64,000 bases of DNA, taken from the NCBI GenBank assembly GCA_050115675.1, contig JASFQB010000003.1, positions 34,673-98,672 on the forward strand, read 5' to 3'. Shown piece after piece: positions 43,201-51,749 of this stretch (its first letter is position 1; each line of letters opens with the position of its first letter). This DNA is from Candidatus Woesebacteria bacterium (GTDB taxonomy: Bacteria > Patescibacteriota > Saccharimonadia > Saccharimonadales > EFPC-124). The position numbers and the translations under genes were made by a program. The notes under the pieces were generated by a model. That model was not told the origin of the DNA, made no database searches, and saw only the letters and a list, made by a program, of their open reading frames with translations.

Positions 43201-45351
43201 CTACACAGGCAGCCTAAGCGTTGCCTTTACGTTGCCAAGGATTGCCCTTGTGTTCATGACCCAGTTTTCCAGATCGCACACGTCCGACGGCAGTTCTTCA
43301 TCCGCAACATCGATAGCACAAAGGGCTTCCCAGTGCGCGTCCGTCAGTTGCAGTTTGTAGACTCTCAGCAACTCGTTGGCTTCGTCGCGCAAATCTAGCG
43401 CATGCTCGCGAAGCAACTCCGGGTCAGCCTCTCTGCTAATTTCAACACCAGCAAATCTGCTGACAATCTCGTACCCCTCTCTAGTCTTGACTGCGTAGCG
43501 CATGGCCACGTCATTCGGAATAACCGTACCTTCAATTGTGGCACGCTCATAACCAGCCCTGCTCGTCCAGTGGCGAATGGTACCCATAACCGAGTATCCT
43601 AGGGTAACGCCAAACTGGTCGTTGCCAAACAGGGTTCGGGTTGGCCTGTCGACATATTCCAGCGACTGCACCATTGCAAGCAGCTCGACAAAGCCCAAGT
43701 GCAACAGTTCACCACAGTCAACAACCATGATGTCCTGCAGCTTTGGCAGTTGCTCTCCAACCGCCCGAAGGACGGTCATAAAGCGCATCACCACATGTCG
43801 GATCTCTTTGCCAGAGTACCCCCACTGTCTGCACCATGAATCGTAGTCGTTGCCGCCAATGCGATAGGCGGTTCCAGCATCGTTCGGCTTTCCGAACTGC
43901 CGCAGAGCTTCCGCGACAATGTTGTATCCAGTAAGATGGTCCGACCCCTGAACTACATTGGGATCGGCATACTTCTGCAGCTTCTTGCCGGTAATGCCAT
44001 ACAGCTCACCGATGCTCGCAACAATACAAACTACAAACAGCAGGTCAACAACATCAAGGCCTTTAGCGGTAGCGATGATCTCGCCCCACCTACAACCAAC
44101 CGGCAAACGCTCAACGCGCTCACCAAGATCGGTCAGACCAAGCCGCCCACCAACACTACTAACCAATCCGCGAGTAATGAGCCTTGTAAGAACATCCTGG
44201 TAAGCCTCTTGATCAATTTTACCAATCAACTCCAACTCTCTGGCGTCAACGCCAATCTTGGCCGTCGACAGAGCCAAAAGCTCCAGGTTACCGCTCAAAA
44301 CAAACTCGGGATCAACTGTAGAGAGGCTGTGCAAATCCAAATAACAGTCGGTCACAATGTGGACCTCGCCGTCGGTCGCACGCCCGTCTACGCGCCCAGC
44401 CATCTGCAAAATGGTGTTGTTATCAAGCGCGCTGCGCCTGAGCTGACGAACGCCACCGCTAATAAACTCTTTGTACTGAGCGTCAACGATGATTACGGTA
44501 TCAAGTCCTCCAATGTTAAGACTAGAGGCCCCGGCGGCCGTCATAAAAAGCACAAACGGACGAGGAGCGTTGCCTTCGATGTAACTGCGCAGCTTCTCTG
44601 CAGACTCGCCACCGTGGTAAAAACCCGCGCTCACACCGTGCTGTCCGTCGCACCAAGTGGCAAGCCTTTCGGCCTCCTCTCTGGTCGGAACAAAAACAGC
44701 AACTCCTCGCTGCCGAGCAGCGATCTCTGGCAGGTGCTCGTCCAGAACCCTTTCTACATCCGAAAAACGGTGGCAAAGCACCTTGGCCCGGCGAGTAGGA
44801 TCGTAAGCCGAACAACTGATAACCTGACGAGCTTCAAGATACCGACTATACGAGTCCGGATTAACCGTTGCCGACATCCAAACAAACGTGCAGCCAGCCC
44901 GCTTAAGCAAAGCCATGGCAAGCTCAAGATGCTCGGAAGTCTGGTGGATCTCATCGATTACCACCAAATCCTCCACACCAATACTGCCAGACTTTGCCCA
45001 CTTTACTGCAACACCAGGAGTAATAACGATCACGTTGTGTCGATCCACCTTGGTATTGCGGTGCTCTTGCGTCACGATACCAATCGAGAGGCTCCGCCCC
45101 AGCACATCCAGGCAAATCTGCCTAATTGCAGCGGATTTACCAGTGCCGGCGCCAGCCACAACACCAAAACCGCCGTCAGACAGCAGGCCAGTAGCGCAGC
45201 TCAGATCAAACCCGCATTCACGCTGAATTAGCGTTTCAGGCAAAGAATCGTTTGCAATCAAAGCCGACAGGTTCACACATGTACTACGAGTAGGAGCAAT
45301 AACCACAACTCGCTTAAAAACCAGCATGTCACACCCTTCAATAGGTGCCAT
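43201..45351 (-). CDS. DEAH/RHA-family (HrpA/HrpB-like) SF2 helicase
   Basis: 716 aa. GAGTGKS, DEIH, SAT, TAAGASSLNIGGLD, QMAGRVDGR in order. Downstream region resembles HA2/ratchet (LTDLGERVERLP). Start could instead be the second ATG (45327), which has GAAGGG upstream. Confidence 0.85.
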   Translation of the reverse strand: MAPIEGCDMLVFKRVVVIAPTRSTCVNLSALIANDSLPETLIQRECGFDLSCATGLLSDGGFGVVAGAGTGKSAAIRQICLDVLGRSLSIGIVTQEHRNTKVDRHNVIVITPGVAVKWAKSGSIGVEDLVVIDEIHQTSEHLELAMALLKRAGCTFVWMSATVNPDSYSRYLEARQVISCSAYDPTRRAKVLCHRFSDVERVLDEHLPEIAARQRGVAVFVPTREEAERLATWCDGQHGVSAGFYHGGESAEKLRSYIEGNAPRPFVLFMTAAGASSLNIGGLDTVIIVDAQYKEFISGGVRQLRRSALDNNTILQMAGRVDGRATDGEVHIVTDCYLDLHSLSTVDPEFVLSGNLELLALSTAKIGVDARELELIGKIDQEAYQDVLTRLITRGLVSSVGGRLGLTDLGERVERLPVGCRWGEIIATAKGLDVVDLLFVVCIVASIGELYGITGKKLQKYADPNVVQGSDHLTGYNIVAEALRQFGKPNDAGTAYRIGGNDYDSWCRQWGYSGKEIRHVVMRFMTVLRAVGEQLPKLQDIMVVDCGELLHLGFVELLAMVQSLEYVDRPTRTLFGNDQFGVTLGYSVMGTIRHWTSRAGYERATIEGTVIPNDVAMRYAVKTREGYEIVSRFAGVEISREADPELLREHALDLRDEANELLRVYKLQLTDAHWEALCAIDVADEELPSDVCDLENWVMNTRAILGNVKATLRLPV

Positions 45352-45517
45352 TTGGCACAGTCTGTAACGTACTAGCCCCTGAATAGCTCAAAGACTAGGC
45401 GGCAGCTATTCTAAACAGCCACAACTCAACCTTCAAACAGATATTATATTAACATAAAAAGCATAAAAAATCAACACATTAAGTCGTCTTCGTAAATATA
45501 TACTATAATAAATCTAA

Positions 45518-46621
45518 ATGAAAATAGTAATTGATACCAGAATTATCAACTCTAGCACCGGACGCTACGTTGAGCGACTTGTGCATTATCTAGAAAAAAT
45601 CGACCAAGACAACGAATATATCTTGCTAGTGCCCAAAAAAGACCTAAATTATTACAAACCAACTAATCCTAATTTTTCTATACAAGAGGCAAATTTTGCA
45701 AATTACAGCTTGGCAGAGCAATTTGGACTACTTAAACTTTTAGACCAGCTCAAGCCAGACCTGGTACATTTTTGCATGCCTCAGCAGCCCATATTTTACA
45801 GAGGCAAACACGTTACAACAGTGCACGACCTAACGCTTTTAAACACCTATAACAGCGATAAAAACTGGCTTGTATTTAAATTTAAACAGCTTATTGGACG
45901 TTTTGTTTTCTACCTTATTGGCCACACCTCGGCTCAAATCATAACACCAAGCCAATTTACCAAAGATCAATATGCCAAATTTGCCAATATAAGTTTTGAT
46001 AAAATTACAGTCACATATGAAGCTAGTGATGTAAATACAACAACATCTGAGGCTTACTCACCTCTGTTAAATAAGCAATTTTTGCTTTACGTAGGGCAGC
46101 AAAGTGACTATAAAAACATCCGCCGTCTAATGCAAGCTCATCAACAACTTCGCAAAAAACATCCTAATCTAATGTTGGTTTTTGCAGGCAGTTTAAGCGG
46201 CAAAAACGGCGCGCCGCTAGTTGCAAATAAAGATTGGGCAATAAAGCAGAGATACGGGGGAATACTGTTTACTGATTTTGTTTCTGACGCTCAGCTTACT
46301 TGGCTATATCAACATTGTGCGACATATGTTTTTCCATCTCTTATGGAGGGCTTTGGACTACCAGGACTCGAGGCCATGACCGCTGGCGCGCCGGTTGCAA
46401 GCAGCAATGCCACTTGTTTGCCAGAAATCTATAAAGATGCCGCCTACTACTTTGACCCCCACAATGTAACCGACATGGCACAAAAAATTGACGATATTCT
46501 ACAAAATTCTAGCTTACGTAAAAAACTAATCAACAGAGGTCACAAGCTCGCTAAAACTTACTCCTGGCAAAAAATGGCCAAGCAAACCCTAAACGTCTAC
46601 AATAACATACTAACTAAATAA
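45518..46621 (+). CDS. Glycosyltransferase family 4
   Basis: 367 aa. PSLMEGFGLPGLEAMTAGAPV. Confidence 0.85.
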   Translation: MKIVIDTRIINSSTGRYVERLVHYLEKIDQDNEYILLVPKKDLNYYKPTNPNFSIQEANFANYSLAEQFGLLKLLDQLKPDLVHFCMPQQPIFYRGKHVTTVHDLTLLNTYNSDKNWLVFKFKQLIGRFVFYLIGHTSAQIITPSQFTKDQYAKFANISFDKITVTYEASDVNTTTSEAYSPLLNKQFLLYVGQQSDYKNIRRLMQAHQQLRKKHPNLMLVFAGSLSGKNGAPLVANKDWAIKQRYGGILFTDFVSDAQLTWLYQHCATYVFPSLMEGFGLPGLEAMTAGAPVASSNATCLPEIYKDAAYYFDPHNVTDMAQKIDDILQNSSLRKKLINRGHKLAKTYSWQKMAKQTLNVYNNILTK

Positions 46622-46693
46622 CTTTTGTTTTGTTACGATTTCTTGATAAAATGCGTTCGTAGCACTACAAGTTTGCGCAAATTGGAGGGCAAG

Positions 46694-46825
46694 ATGGCTC
46701 GTTTGGCGAAGCTAATTACATACGCCTACCAAGGATTCAAGCGCCTTTATTGCTGTTATTGCGACTGTGACCTATGTAAAAGAAATGTTCACTGTCGAAT
46801 ACGAGAAAACCAGTGTCACGTCTAA
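46694..46825 (+). CDS. Candidate 43-aa cysteine-rich peptide (tentative)
   Basis: ATG 46694 behind GGAGG (46684..46688, 5-nt spacer). Translation MARLAKLITYAYQGFKRLYCCYCDCDLCKRNVHCRIRENQCHV, with 7 Cys and 2 His in the last 24 residues. Confidence 0.3.
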   Translation: MARLAKLITYAYQGFKRLYCCYCDCDLCKRNVHCRIRENQCHV

Positions 46826-46894
46826 AGTAGTAGACATATACGAGTCAGAGCCGCCACATCAAGAGTACTCTGACTCGTAAAAAATTAATGCAAT

Positions 46895-47374
46895 CTACTC
46901 TTCTGACTCTTTTGTAATTATAAGATGGCGATTTTTGCCTTCGCCCTCTGAATGGCTTTGTAGGCGGCCAAACTCAGACACAACACCGTGTGCAACACGC
47001 CTGTCAGCTGGGTTCATTGGCCTAAGGTCCATTTGTTGGCCTGTTTTCATAACTTCTTCGCACCACTGTCGTACTTGCTCGGCAAGACGCTCTGCACGAT
47101 GCTGTTTATAGCTTGCAACATCAATATTTACACGATTTAACTGAGCACCAGCGTTTTTAAGCGCCATAGAAAGCAAGTATTGCAACGATCGCAAGGTTTC
47201 ACCTCGTTGCCCAATCAAAAACCCATTAAGATGAGTAGAAGGTATAGACAACTCAATAACTTCGTCTTCACATCTGACCGTAATATCTGTATTTAGACCA
47301 AAAAACGACAACAAATCCTCTAAATATCGTTTTGCAAAGTCGATAGATTGATCGCGGTTTAGTGTTTGGTCCAT
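46895..47374 (-). CDS. jag: Jag/KhpB-type RNA-binding protein (KH + R3H domains)
   Basis: 159 aa. LIGQRGETLRSLQYL (KH GxxG) and NPADRRVAHGVVSEF (R3H). Located directly downstream of yidC. Confidence 0.88.
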   Translation of the reverse strand: MDQTLNRDQSIDFAKRYLEDLLSFFGLNTDITVRCEDEVIELSIPSTHLNGFLIGQRGETLRSLQYLLSMALKNAGAQLNRVNIDVASYKQHRAERLAEQVRQWCEEVMKTGQQMDLRPMNPADRRVAHGVVSEFGRLQSHSEGEGKNRHLIITKESEE

Positions 47375-47375
47375 A

Positions 47376-48296
47376 CTATTTTTTCCTTCGCTTCTTAACT
47401 GTCTTGTCCTCAGTTTTTGTAACTACTGCCTCTTTAGCATTTTTAAGCTTTTTTTGCGCAGATTTATCAGCAGATTCTATCATTTCTTCGCTATCTTCGC
47501 GCAAAACATAACCCTGTTGGGCAATTGCTACCAAGCTGGTCACTAACAGATACAAAACCAGTGCACCCGCAAAGTAAATAGATATTACAAAAGTAAGCGC
47601 AGGAAACACATAAACCATGCGATTGCTCATTAATGCACTAATTTCGCTTTGATCAACTGTTTTGCCCGCTGCTTGGTCTTTTAGCATATCGCGTAGTTTG
47701 CGCTTCTCTTTAACTTTAGGCAAAAGCTGTTTAGATTGAACAAATTGCAACATTGCTGCAATTACAGCCATTACAAATAGCGGAAAGTAAAATCCGTCGT
47801 TTGAAACAGCCTGTTTTGTAAGATCAACCATACCAAACATCATGTAATTAAACTTGCTTGGGTCGGCAATTATATCTGTTATGTACGGTAAATTGTGAAT
47901 AAATCCGTAAGCATAGTGAGCAATATTTGTAGCGTGGTCGGTTGTAACTAAGCGAACAACGGCAAACAGCGCAATCAAAACTGGCAATTGAACAATAAGA
48001 AGCCCCATTGATCCAAAAGGATTTACGCCGCGCTCTTTATAAAGCTCCATCATCATTTGGGCTTCTAGCTGCTTGTTGCCCTTGGTTTTTTGCTTGATCT
48101 TTTGCAACTCTGGCTGAAGTTTTTGCATAACTTTTGTTTGATGCAACTGCTTTTTAACCAGAGGCCACATTAACACTCTAATAAGAATGGTAAATAATAT
48201 TAAAGCTAAGCCAAAATCGTGCCCAGGAATAATGCCATAAATAAACAATAAAATATTAAAAATTGGTTGAACTAAGATAATGTCAAATAAACTCAT
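47376..48296 (-). CDS. yidC: Membrane protein insertase YidC
   Basis: 306 aa. LTILIRVLMWPL, QPELQKIKQK, YKERGVNPFGS, basic C-terminal tail. Confidence 0.92.
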   Translation of the reverse strand: MSLFDIILVQPIFNILLFIYGIIPGHDFGLALILFTILIRVLMWPLVKKQLHQTKVMQKLQPELQKIKQKTKGNKQLEAQMMMELYKERGVNPFGSMGLLIVQLPVLIALFAVVRLVTTDHATNIAHYAYGFIHNLPYITDIIADPSKFNYMMFGMVDLTKQAVSNDGFYFPLFVMAVIAAMLQFVQSKQLLPKVKEKRKLRDMLKDQAAGKTVDQSEISALMSNRMVYVFPALTFVISIYFAGALVLYLLVTSLVAIAQQGYVLREDSEEMIESADKSAQKKLKNAKEAVVTKTEDKTVKKRRKK

Positions 48297-48433
48297 AACT
48301 TATTATATAATATCACAAATTGTGATTTTTGCAGATAATGCAGCCTGTTTTTTGCAAAAATGTTGCATTATTAACTAAAATATTGTAGAGTATACGAAGG
48401 CTATTCGCCTTTTACCCTTTTGGAGGGATTAAC

Positions 48434-48616
48434 TTGCCTAGCAAGCTTTACAGCACCCGCCGCAACGGCGATGTTGTTACTGTCGAAATTCCCGAACTCG
48501 GAACAATTGACCTTCGAGGAGGAGAACGATACGACTGGAACGTGCGAGTCTTTCTTACCCCCGACTACATTGGTGATCTGAACGACATCGATCCGGTTCC
48601 CGCAGGGACGCCCTGA
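48434..48616 (+). CDS. 60-aa ORF in the same frame as the downstream CPBP gene, ended by TGA
   Basis: TTG start behind strong SD GGAGGG (48422..48427). Translation MPSKLYSTRRNGDVVTVEIPELGTIDLRGGERYDWNVRVFLTPDYIGDLNDIDPVPAGTP. May be the N-terminus of a disrupted longer gene. Confidence 0.4.
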   Translation: MPSKLYSTRRNGDVVTVEIPELGTIDLRGGERYDWNVRVFLTPDYIGDLNDIDPVPAGTP

Positions 48617-49510
48617 TTGCAGTGCACGGAAGTATCTGCGATCAACAACGGTAAACTGCGTCGGCTGTGCGAGGTACTCAAACACTTTGACATTGACAAA
48701 GATGGCACACCAGATTGCGACATGATTTTGGCCGTCATCGAGGGTTTGCTGACCCAGAGCACCGAGGAGCCCGATCCGCTTACCCGACCCACAGGTAAAT
48801 TTTTTACCAGGCTTATCATGGCCGTAATGCCACCTCAGCCGGACCGCCACATTGTTTACGGGTTTGGCGATATCAAGCGGCGCTTTAGGTGGTATCACTA
48901 TCCCGTTGCACTGGCGACGATGCTGCTGATTATGGCAATGATTCAGGTTCAGGTTCATCTTGTGCCCTGGACGAAATACTCCGCCATTTCTGGCGCACAT
49001 GCAATTGCCGAAAAGACCGGCCTTGCGGGCTGGAAGCTGACGATGATGTTTTTTGTGACAGTGCTTGTGCTTGCCATAGCTCTTAAAAGCAGGCTGGGCA
49101 AGCATTCGCAGTTCACGCACGGAATTCTCAGCAAATCGGCAGTGTACGAGGAACAGGCGTTTCGAGAGGGAGCCGAGAACTGGAGTTTTACTCAGCGGTT
49201 TGTTAGCTGTGTGGTGTTTGGCGCATTGCATATGATCAACATGATCTACAGTATCGCCATGATTCTGCCACTGGCTTTTGGTGGTGCCGTGTTTATGGTT
49301 GAATACCTGCGCGTTTACCGCCGTACCCGCTCGCGCCGAGCTGCGGTGTTGGCGTCTTCAATTGTGCATCGTGTTTACAATCGCCTTGCACTGTGGGTGT
49401 TTGTGATTTGGATGATCCTTCTGTCTGGCGTTGACGTTACCAGTCTTGCTACATCGTTTGCAATCGGCCTGATTTCGCTGGGCTTTTCAGAAAAACTTGT
49501 GTCCAAGTAA
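48617..49510 (+). CDS. CPBP-family (CAAX protease / Abi) intramembrane glutamic endopeptidase; start uncertain
   Basis: Motifs EEQAFR (EExxxR), FGALH (FxxxH) and HRVYN (HxxxN) within a multi-TM C-terminal half. The frame is continuous with 48434..48613 apart from one TGA. Confidence 0.75.
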   Translation: MQCTEVSAINNGKLRRLCEVLKHFDIDKDGTPDCDMILAVIEGLLTQSTEEPDPLTRPTGKFFTRLIMAVMPPQPDRHIVYGFGDIKRRFRWYHYPVALATMLLIMAMIQVQVHLVPWTKYSAISGAHAIAEKTGLAGWKLTMMFFVTVLVLAIALKSRLGKHSQFTHGILSKSAVYEEQAFREGAENWSFTQRFVSCVVFGALHMINMIYSIAMILPLAFGGAVFMVEYLRVYRRTRSRRAAVLASSIVHRVYNRLALWVFVIWMILLSGVDVTSLATSFAIGLISLGFSEKLVSK

Positions 49511-49523
49511 CACGCAAGTAGCC

Positions 49524-49547
49524 GCCCGGAGGGTAAAACCTCCGGGC
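49524..49547. terminator. GC hairpin between convergent CPBP and rnpA genes
   Basis: GCCCGGAGG / CCTCCGGGC with loop GTAAAA. A/T-rich flanks on both sides. Confidence 0.6.
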
Positions 49548-49559
49548 ATCACTTTAAAA

Positions 49560-49913
49560 TTATTTTTCTTGCCATAAATCTGCTTTTACAAACGCATCTA
49601 CAACTAACTCTTTTAGATCGTCGTAAGGCATGTCGTAAAAACGCGGTTCAAAAATATTTATAGCAATATCTGTTGGTGATTTTATGTGTTGCCAGTTTGT
49701 GCGCAGCGCTTCGTAAACTCTGCGACGAATACGGTTTCGCTTGGGGGCTGATTTGTATAATTTTCTGGTGACAATAATGGCACATCTTGAATCCTTGCGC
49801 TTTGAATTGTGTACATACCTAATAGACAACGCTCGGTTGCGCACTACTTTGCCATTTTTATACAGGTAACGCAAGCTACCATGGCCATGAAATCTATATT
49901 TATACTGAAGCAT
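49560..49913 (-). CDS. rnpA: Ribonuclease P protein component
   Basis: 117 aa, basic. KSAPKRNRIRRRVYEALR (RNR motif). Immediately downstream of rpmH. Confidence 0.9.
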   Translation of the reverse strand: MLQYKYRFHGHGSLRYLYKNGKVVRNRALSIRYVHNSKRKDSRCAIIVTRKLYKSAPKRNRIRRRVYEALRTNWQHIKSPTDIAINIFEPRFYDMPYDDLKELVVDAFVKADLWQEK

Positions 49914-49934
49914 TACTATTATTGTAAAAGTATT

Positions 49935-49970
49935 TTTTAAAAAAGATAACCGCCTTCTTTCGAGGGCGGC
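49935..49970 (-). terminator. Hairpin plus U-tract between rpmH and rnpA (attenuator/terminator)
   Basis: Minus strand GCCGCCCT...AGGCGGT stem followed by TATCTTTTTTAAAAAA. Confidence 0.45.
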
Positions 49971-49978
49971 TTAGCTTT

Positions 49979-50116
49979 TTAAGCAGAAAGGCTACGGCGC
50001 CCCTTTAAACGACGCAATTTCATTACTTTGCGACCTGCTTTTGTGGCAATTCGTGCACGAAAACCGTGTTGTTTAGCCTGCTTGCGTTTTTTAGGCTGAA
50101 ATGTTCTTTTTGGCAT
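49979..50116 (-). CDS. rpmH: 50S ribosomal protein L34
   Basis: Own translation [45 protein letters not shown] (45 aa). Not in the ORF track because it is under 60 aa. Confidence 0.95.
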   Translation of the reverse strand: MPKRTFQPKKRKQAKQHGFRARIATKAGRKVMKLRRLKGRRSLSA

Positions 50117-50220
50117 GTATGTAATCCTCTACACTTATTCTACTAAAAATAAAGCTATCTGTCGTAGTTTTGTCTATACTGTCATACATTTTGACAGAGT
50201 TTTCCCCAATTTGCAAGCAG

Positions 50221-50313
50221 TTTTCCACAATTTTACAGGGGTGACCCCAAACTGTGTATAACTCCCCCATCAATTGACAAATAAAACATTGTCTTTTTTA
50301 CGGTTGTGGAAAA
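50221..50313. promoter_or_regulatory. Pair of inverted DnaA-box-like 9-mers upstream of dnaA
   Basis: TTTTCCACA at 50221..50229 (+) and at 50305..50313 (-). Each is one mismatch from TTATCCACA. Confidence 0.5.
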
Positions 50314-50375
50314 GTCCCCTCATCACTTATAGTAAAGGTAGCTTGAAAGTAAGTGGAGAGGTAGAAACAAGGAGT

Positions 50376-51746
50376 ATGAACAACGCGCTGTGGCAGACCG
50401 TGCTTGGAGAGATAGAACTAACAGTGTCGCGCGCCAGCTTTATGACTTGGTTTAAGAATACCGAGTTAATAGAGCAAAACGCCGAATACGCAACTATCTC
50501 TGTGCCAAATATTTTTGCAAAACAACAGCTTGAGGTTAAGTTTTCTAATCAAATATTAGAAACTCTCAACAAAAATGGAGCAAGTGTATCAAAAGTTAGA
50601 TACACTATTCAGTCTGCAACCAAAAAGAAGGGCGCCGAAGCAAAAAACTCAAACGTTGCAACCGTGGGTCAAGTTGCAACTAAAATTGTAAATACCTCTA
50701 ATTCGGGCAACTCAGCCAGCACTAAACAAGACACTAGCCTTAATCCGCGTTACACATTTGAAACATTTATCGTTGGGTCAAGCAATGAGCTTGCCTACAC
50801 TGCTTGCCAGGCTGTTGCAAATAGCCCAGGCACAAAATATAATCCACTATTTTTGTACGGCGGGGTTGGACTTGGTAAAACTCATCTTATACAGGCAGTC
50901 GGTAACGGAATAGCTGCCAACGACCCAAGCGCACGTATTTTGTATATTTCTTCAGAAACATTTGTAAGCGACTTTTTAGATAGCATTAGATTCAAAAAGA
51001 ATGGTTTTTCTGACAGATACCGCAACGTTGACGTTTTAATTATTGACGACATGCAATTTATTGCCGGAAAAGAAAAAACACAAGAAGAATTTTTTCACAC
51101 ATTTAACGCACTACACCAGGCAAACAAGCAAATTATAATTAGCTCGGACCGCCCGCCAAAATCTATTCCTACACTTACCGATCGCTTGCGAAGCCGTTTT
51201 GAATGGGGCATGACAATAGACATACAAATGCCAGACTTTGAAACACGTTGCGCCATTTTGCAAACCAAAGCAAATTGCGCAGGCTTTACGCTAGATAAAG
51301 AAACCGTAGACTATTTGGCAACACACATTCAAACCAACATTCGCGAGCTAGAAGGCGCGCTTAACCAGCTACTAGCATTTTGCGAAATGCGAGGAATCGA
51401 CCCAGACCTACAAACAGCAGCTGGGCTTTTGGGCAACGTGCGAACCACTCGCCCGCACCACCTAACCTGCAAGCAAGTCATAGACAAAACCGCCAAGCAC
51501 TTTCAAGTGGACGCTGGCGACATTTTAAGCGCAAAACGCGATAAACACATTGTTGTGCCGCGCCAAATCGCCATGTATTTACTGCGAAGCGAATTGCATT
51601 TGAGCTTTCCTAAAATTGCCAAAGAATTGGGGCGAAAAGACCACACTACTGCGATTCACTCTGTAGAAAAAATCGAAAAAGCGTTAAAGCTCGACTACAT
51701 CATTCGCCAACAAGTTACCGAAATACGAGACAAGCTGTATGTATAA
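50376..51746 (+). CDS. dnaA: Chromosomal replication initiator protein DnaA
   Basis: Start moved to ATG 50376 (MNNALWQTVLGEIE...). Walker A GGVGLGKTHL, Walker B LIIDDMQF, C-terminal DNA-binding HTTAIHSVEKI. Confidence 0.95.
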   Translation: MNNALWQTVLGEIELTVSRASFMTWFKNTELIEQNAEYATISVPNIFAKQQLEVKFSNQILETLNKNGASVSKVRYTIQSATKKKGAEAKNSNVATVGQVATKIVNTSNSGNSASTKQDTSLNPRYTFETFIVGSSNELAYTACQAVANSPGTKYNPLFLYGGVGLGKTHLIQAVGNGIAANDPSARILYISSETFVSDFLDSIRFKKNGFSDRYRNVDVLIIDDMQFIAGKEKTQEEFFHTFNALHQANKQIIISSDRPPKSIPTLTDRLRSRFEWGMTIDIQMPDFETRCAILQTKANCAGFTLDKETVDYLATHIQTNIRELEGALNQLLAFCEMRGIDPDLQTAAGLLGNVRTTRPHHLTCKQVIDKTAKHFQVDAGDILSAKRDKHIVVPRQIAMYLLRSELHLSFPKIAKELGRKDHTTAIHSVEKIEKALKLDYIIRQQVTEIRDKLYV

Positions 51747-51749
51747 AAA

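Noticed and set aside
43936-45231. 431-aa plus-strand ORF, together with the 81-, 89-, 97-, 66- and 112-aa ORFs overlapping the helicase gene
   Set aside because: It is antisense or out of frame to a gene with a complete ordered DEAH motif set. The translation is Arg/Pro/Ser/Thr/Asn-rich low complexity with no motifs. This is the expected artefact of a stop-poor, GC-rich coding region.
48312-48326. Palindrome ATCACAA-A-TTGTGAT and the nearby TTTTTGCAAAAA upstream of yidC
   Set aside because: These are perfect 7-bp arms, but they lie in a very AT-rich promoter region. No cognate regulator is evident and no second copy was seen. This is insufficient to call an operator.
48401-49231. 276-aa minus-strand ORF overlapping the CPBP gene
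   Set aside because: It is antisense to the frame that carries the EExxxR/FxxxH/HxxxN motifs and TM helices. The translation is His/Arg/Cys/Lys-rich and implausible.
50091-50273. 60-aa minus-strand ORF upstream of dnaA
   Set aside because: It overlaps the 5' end of rpmH out of frame and covers the DnaA-box/promoter region. It has no SD.
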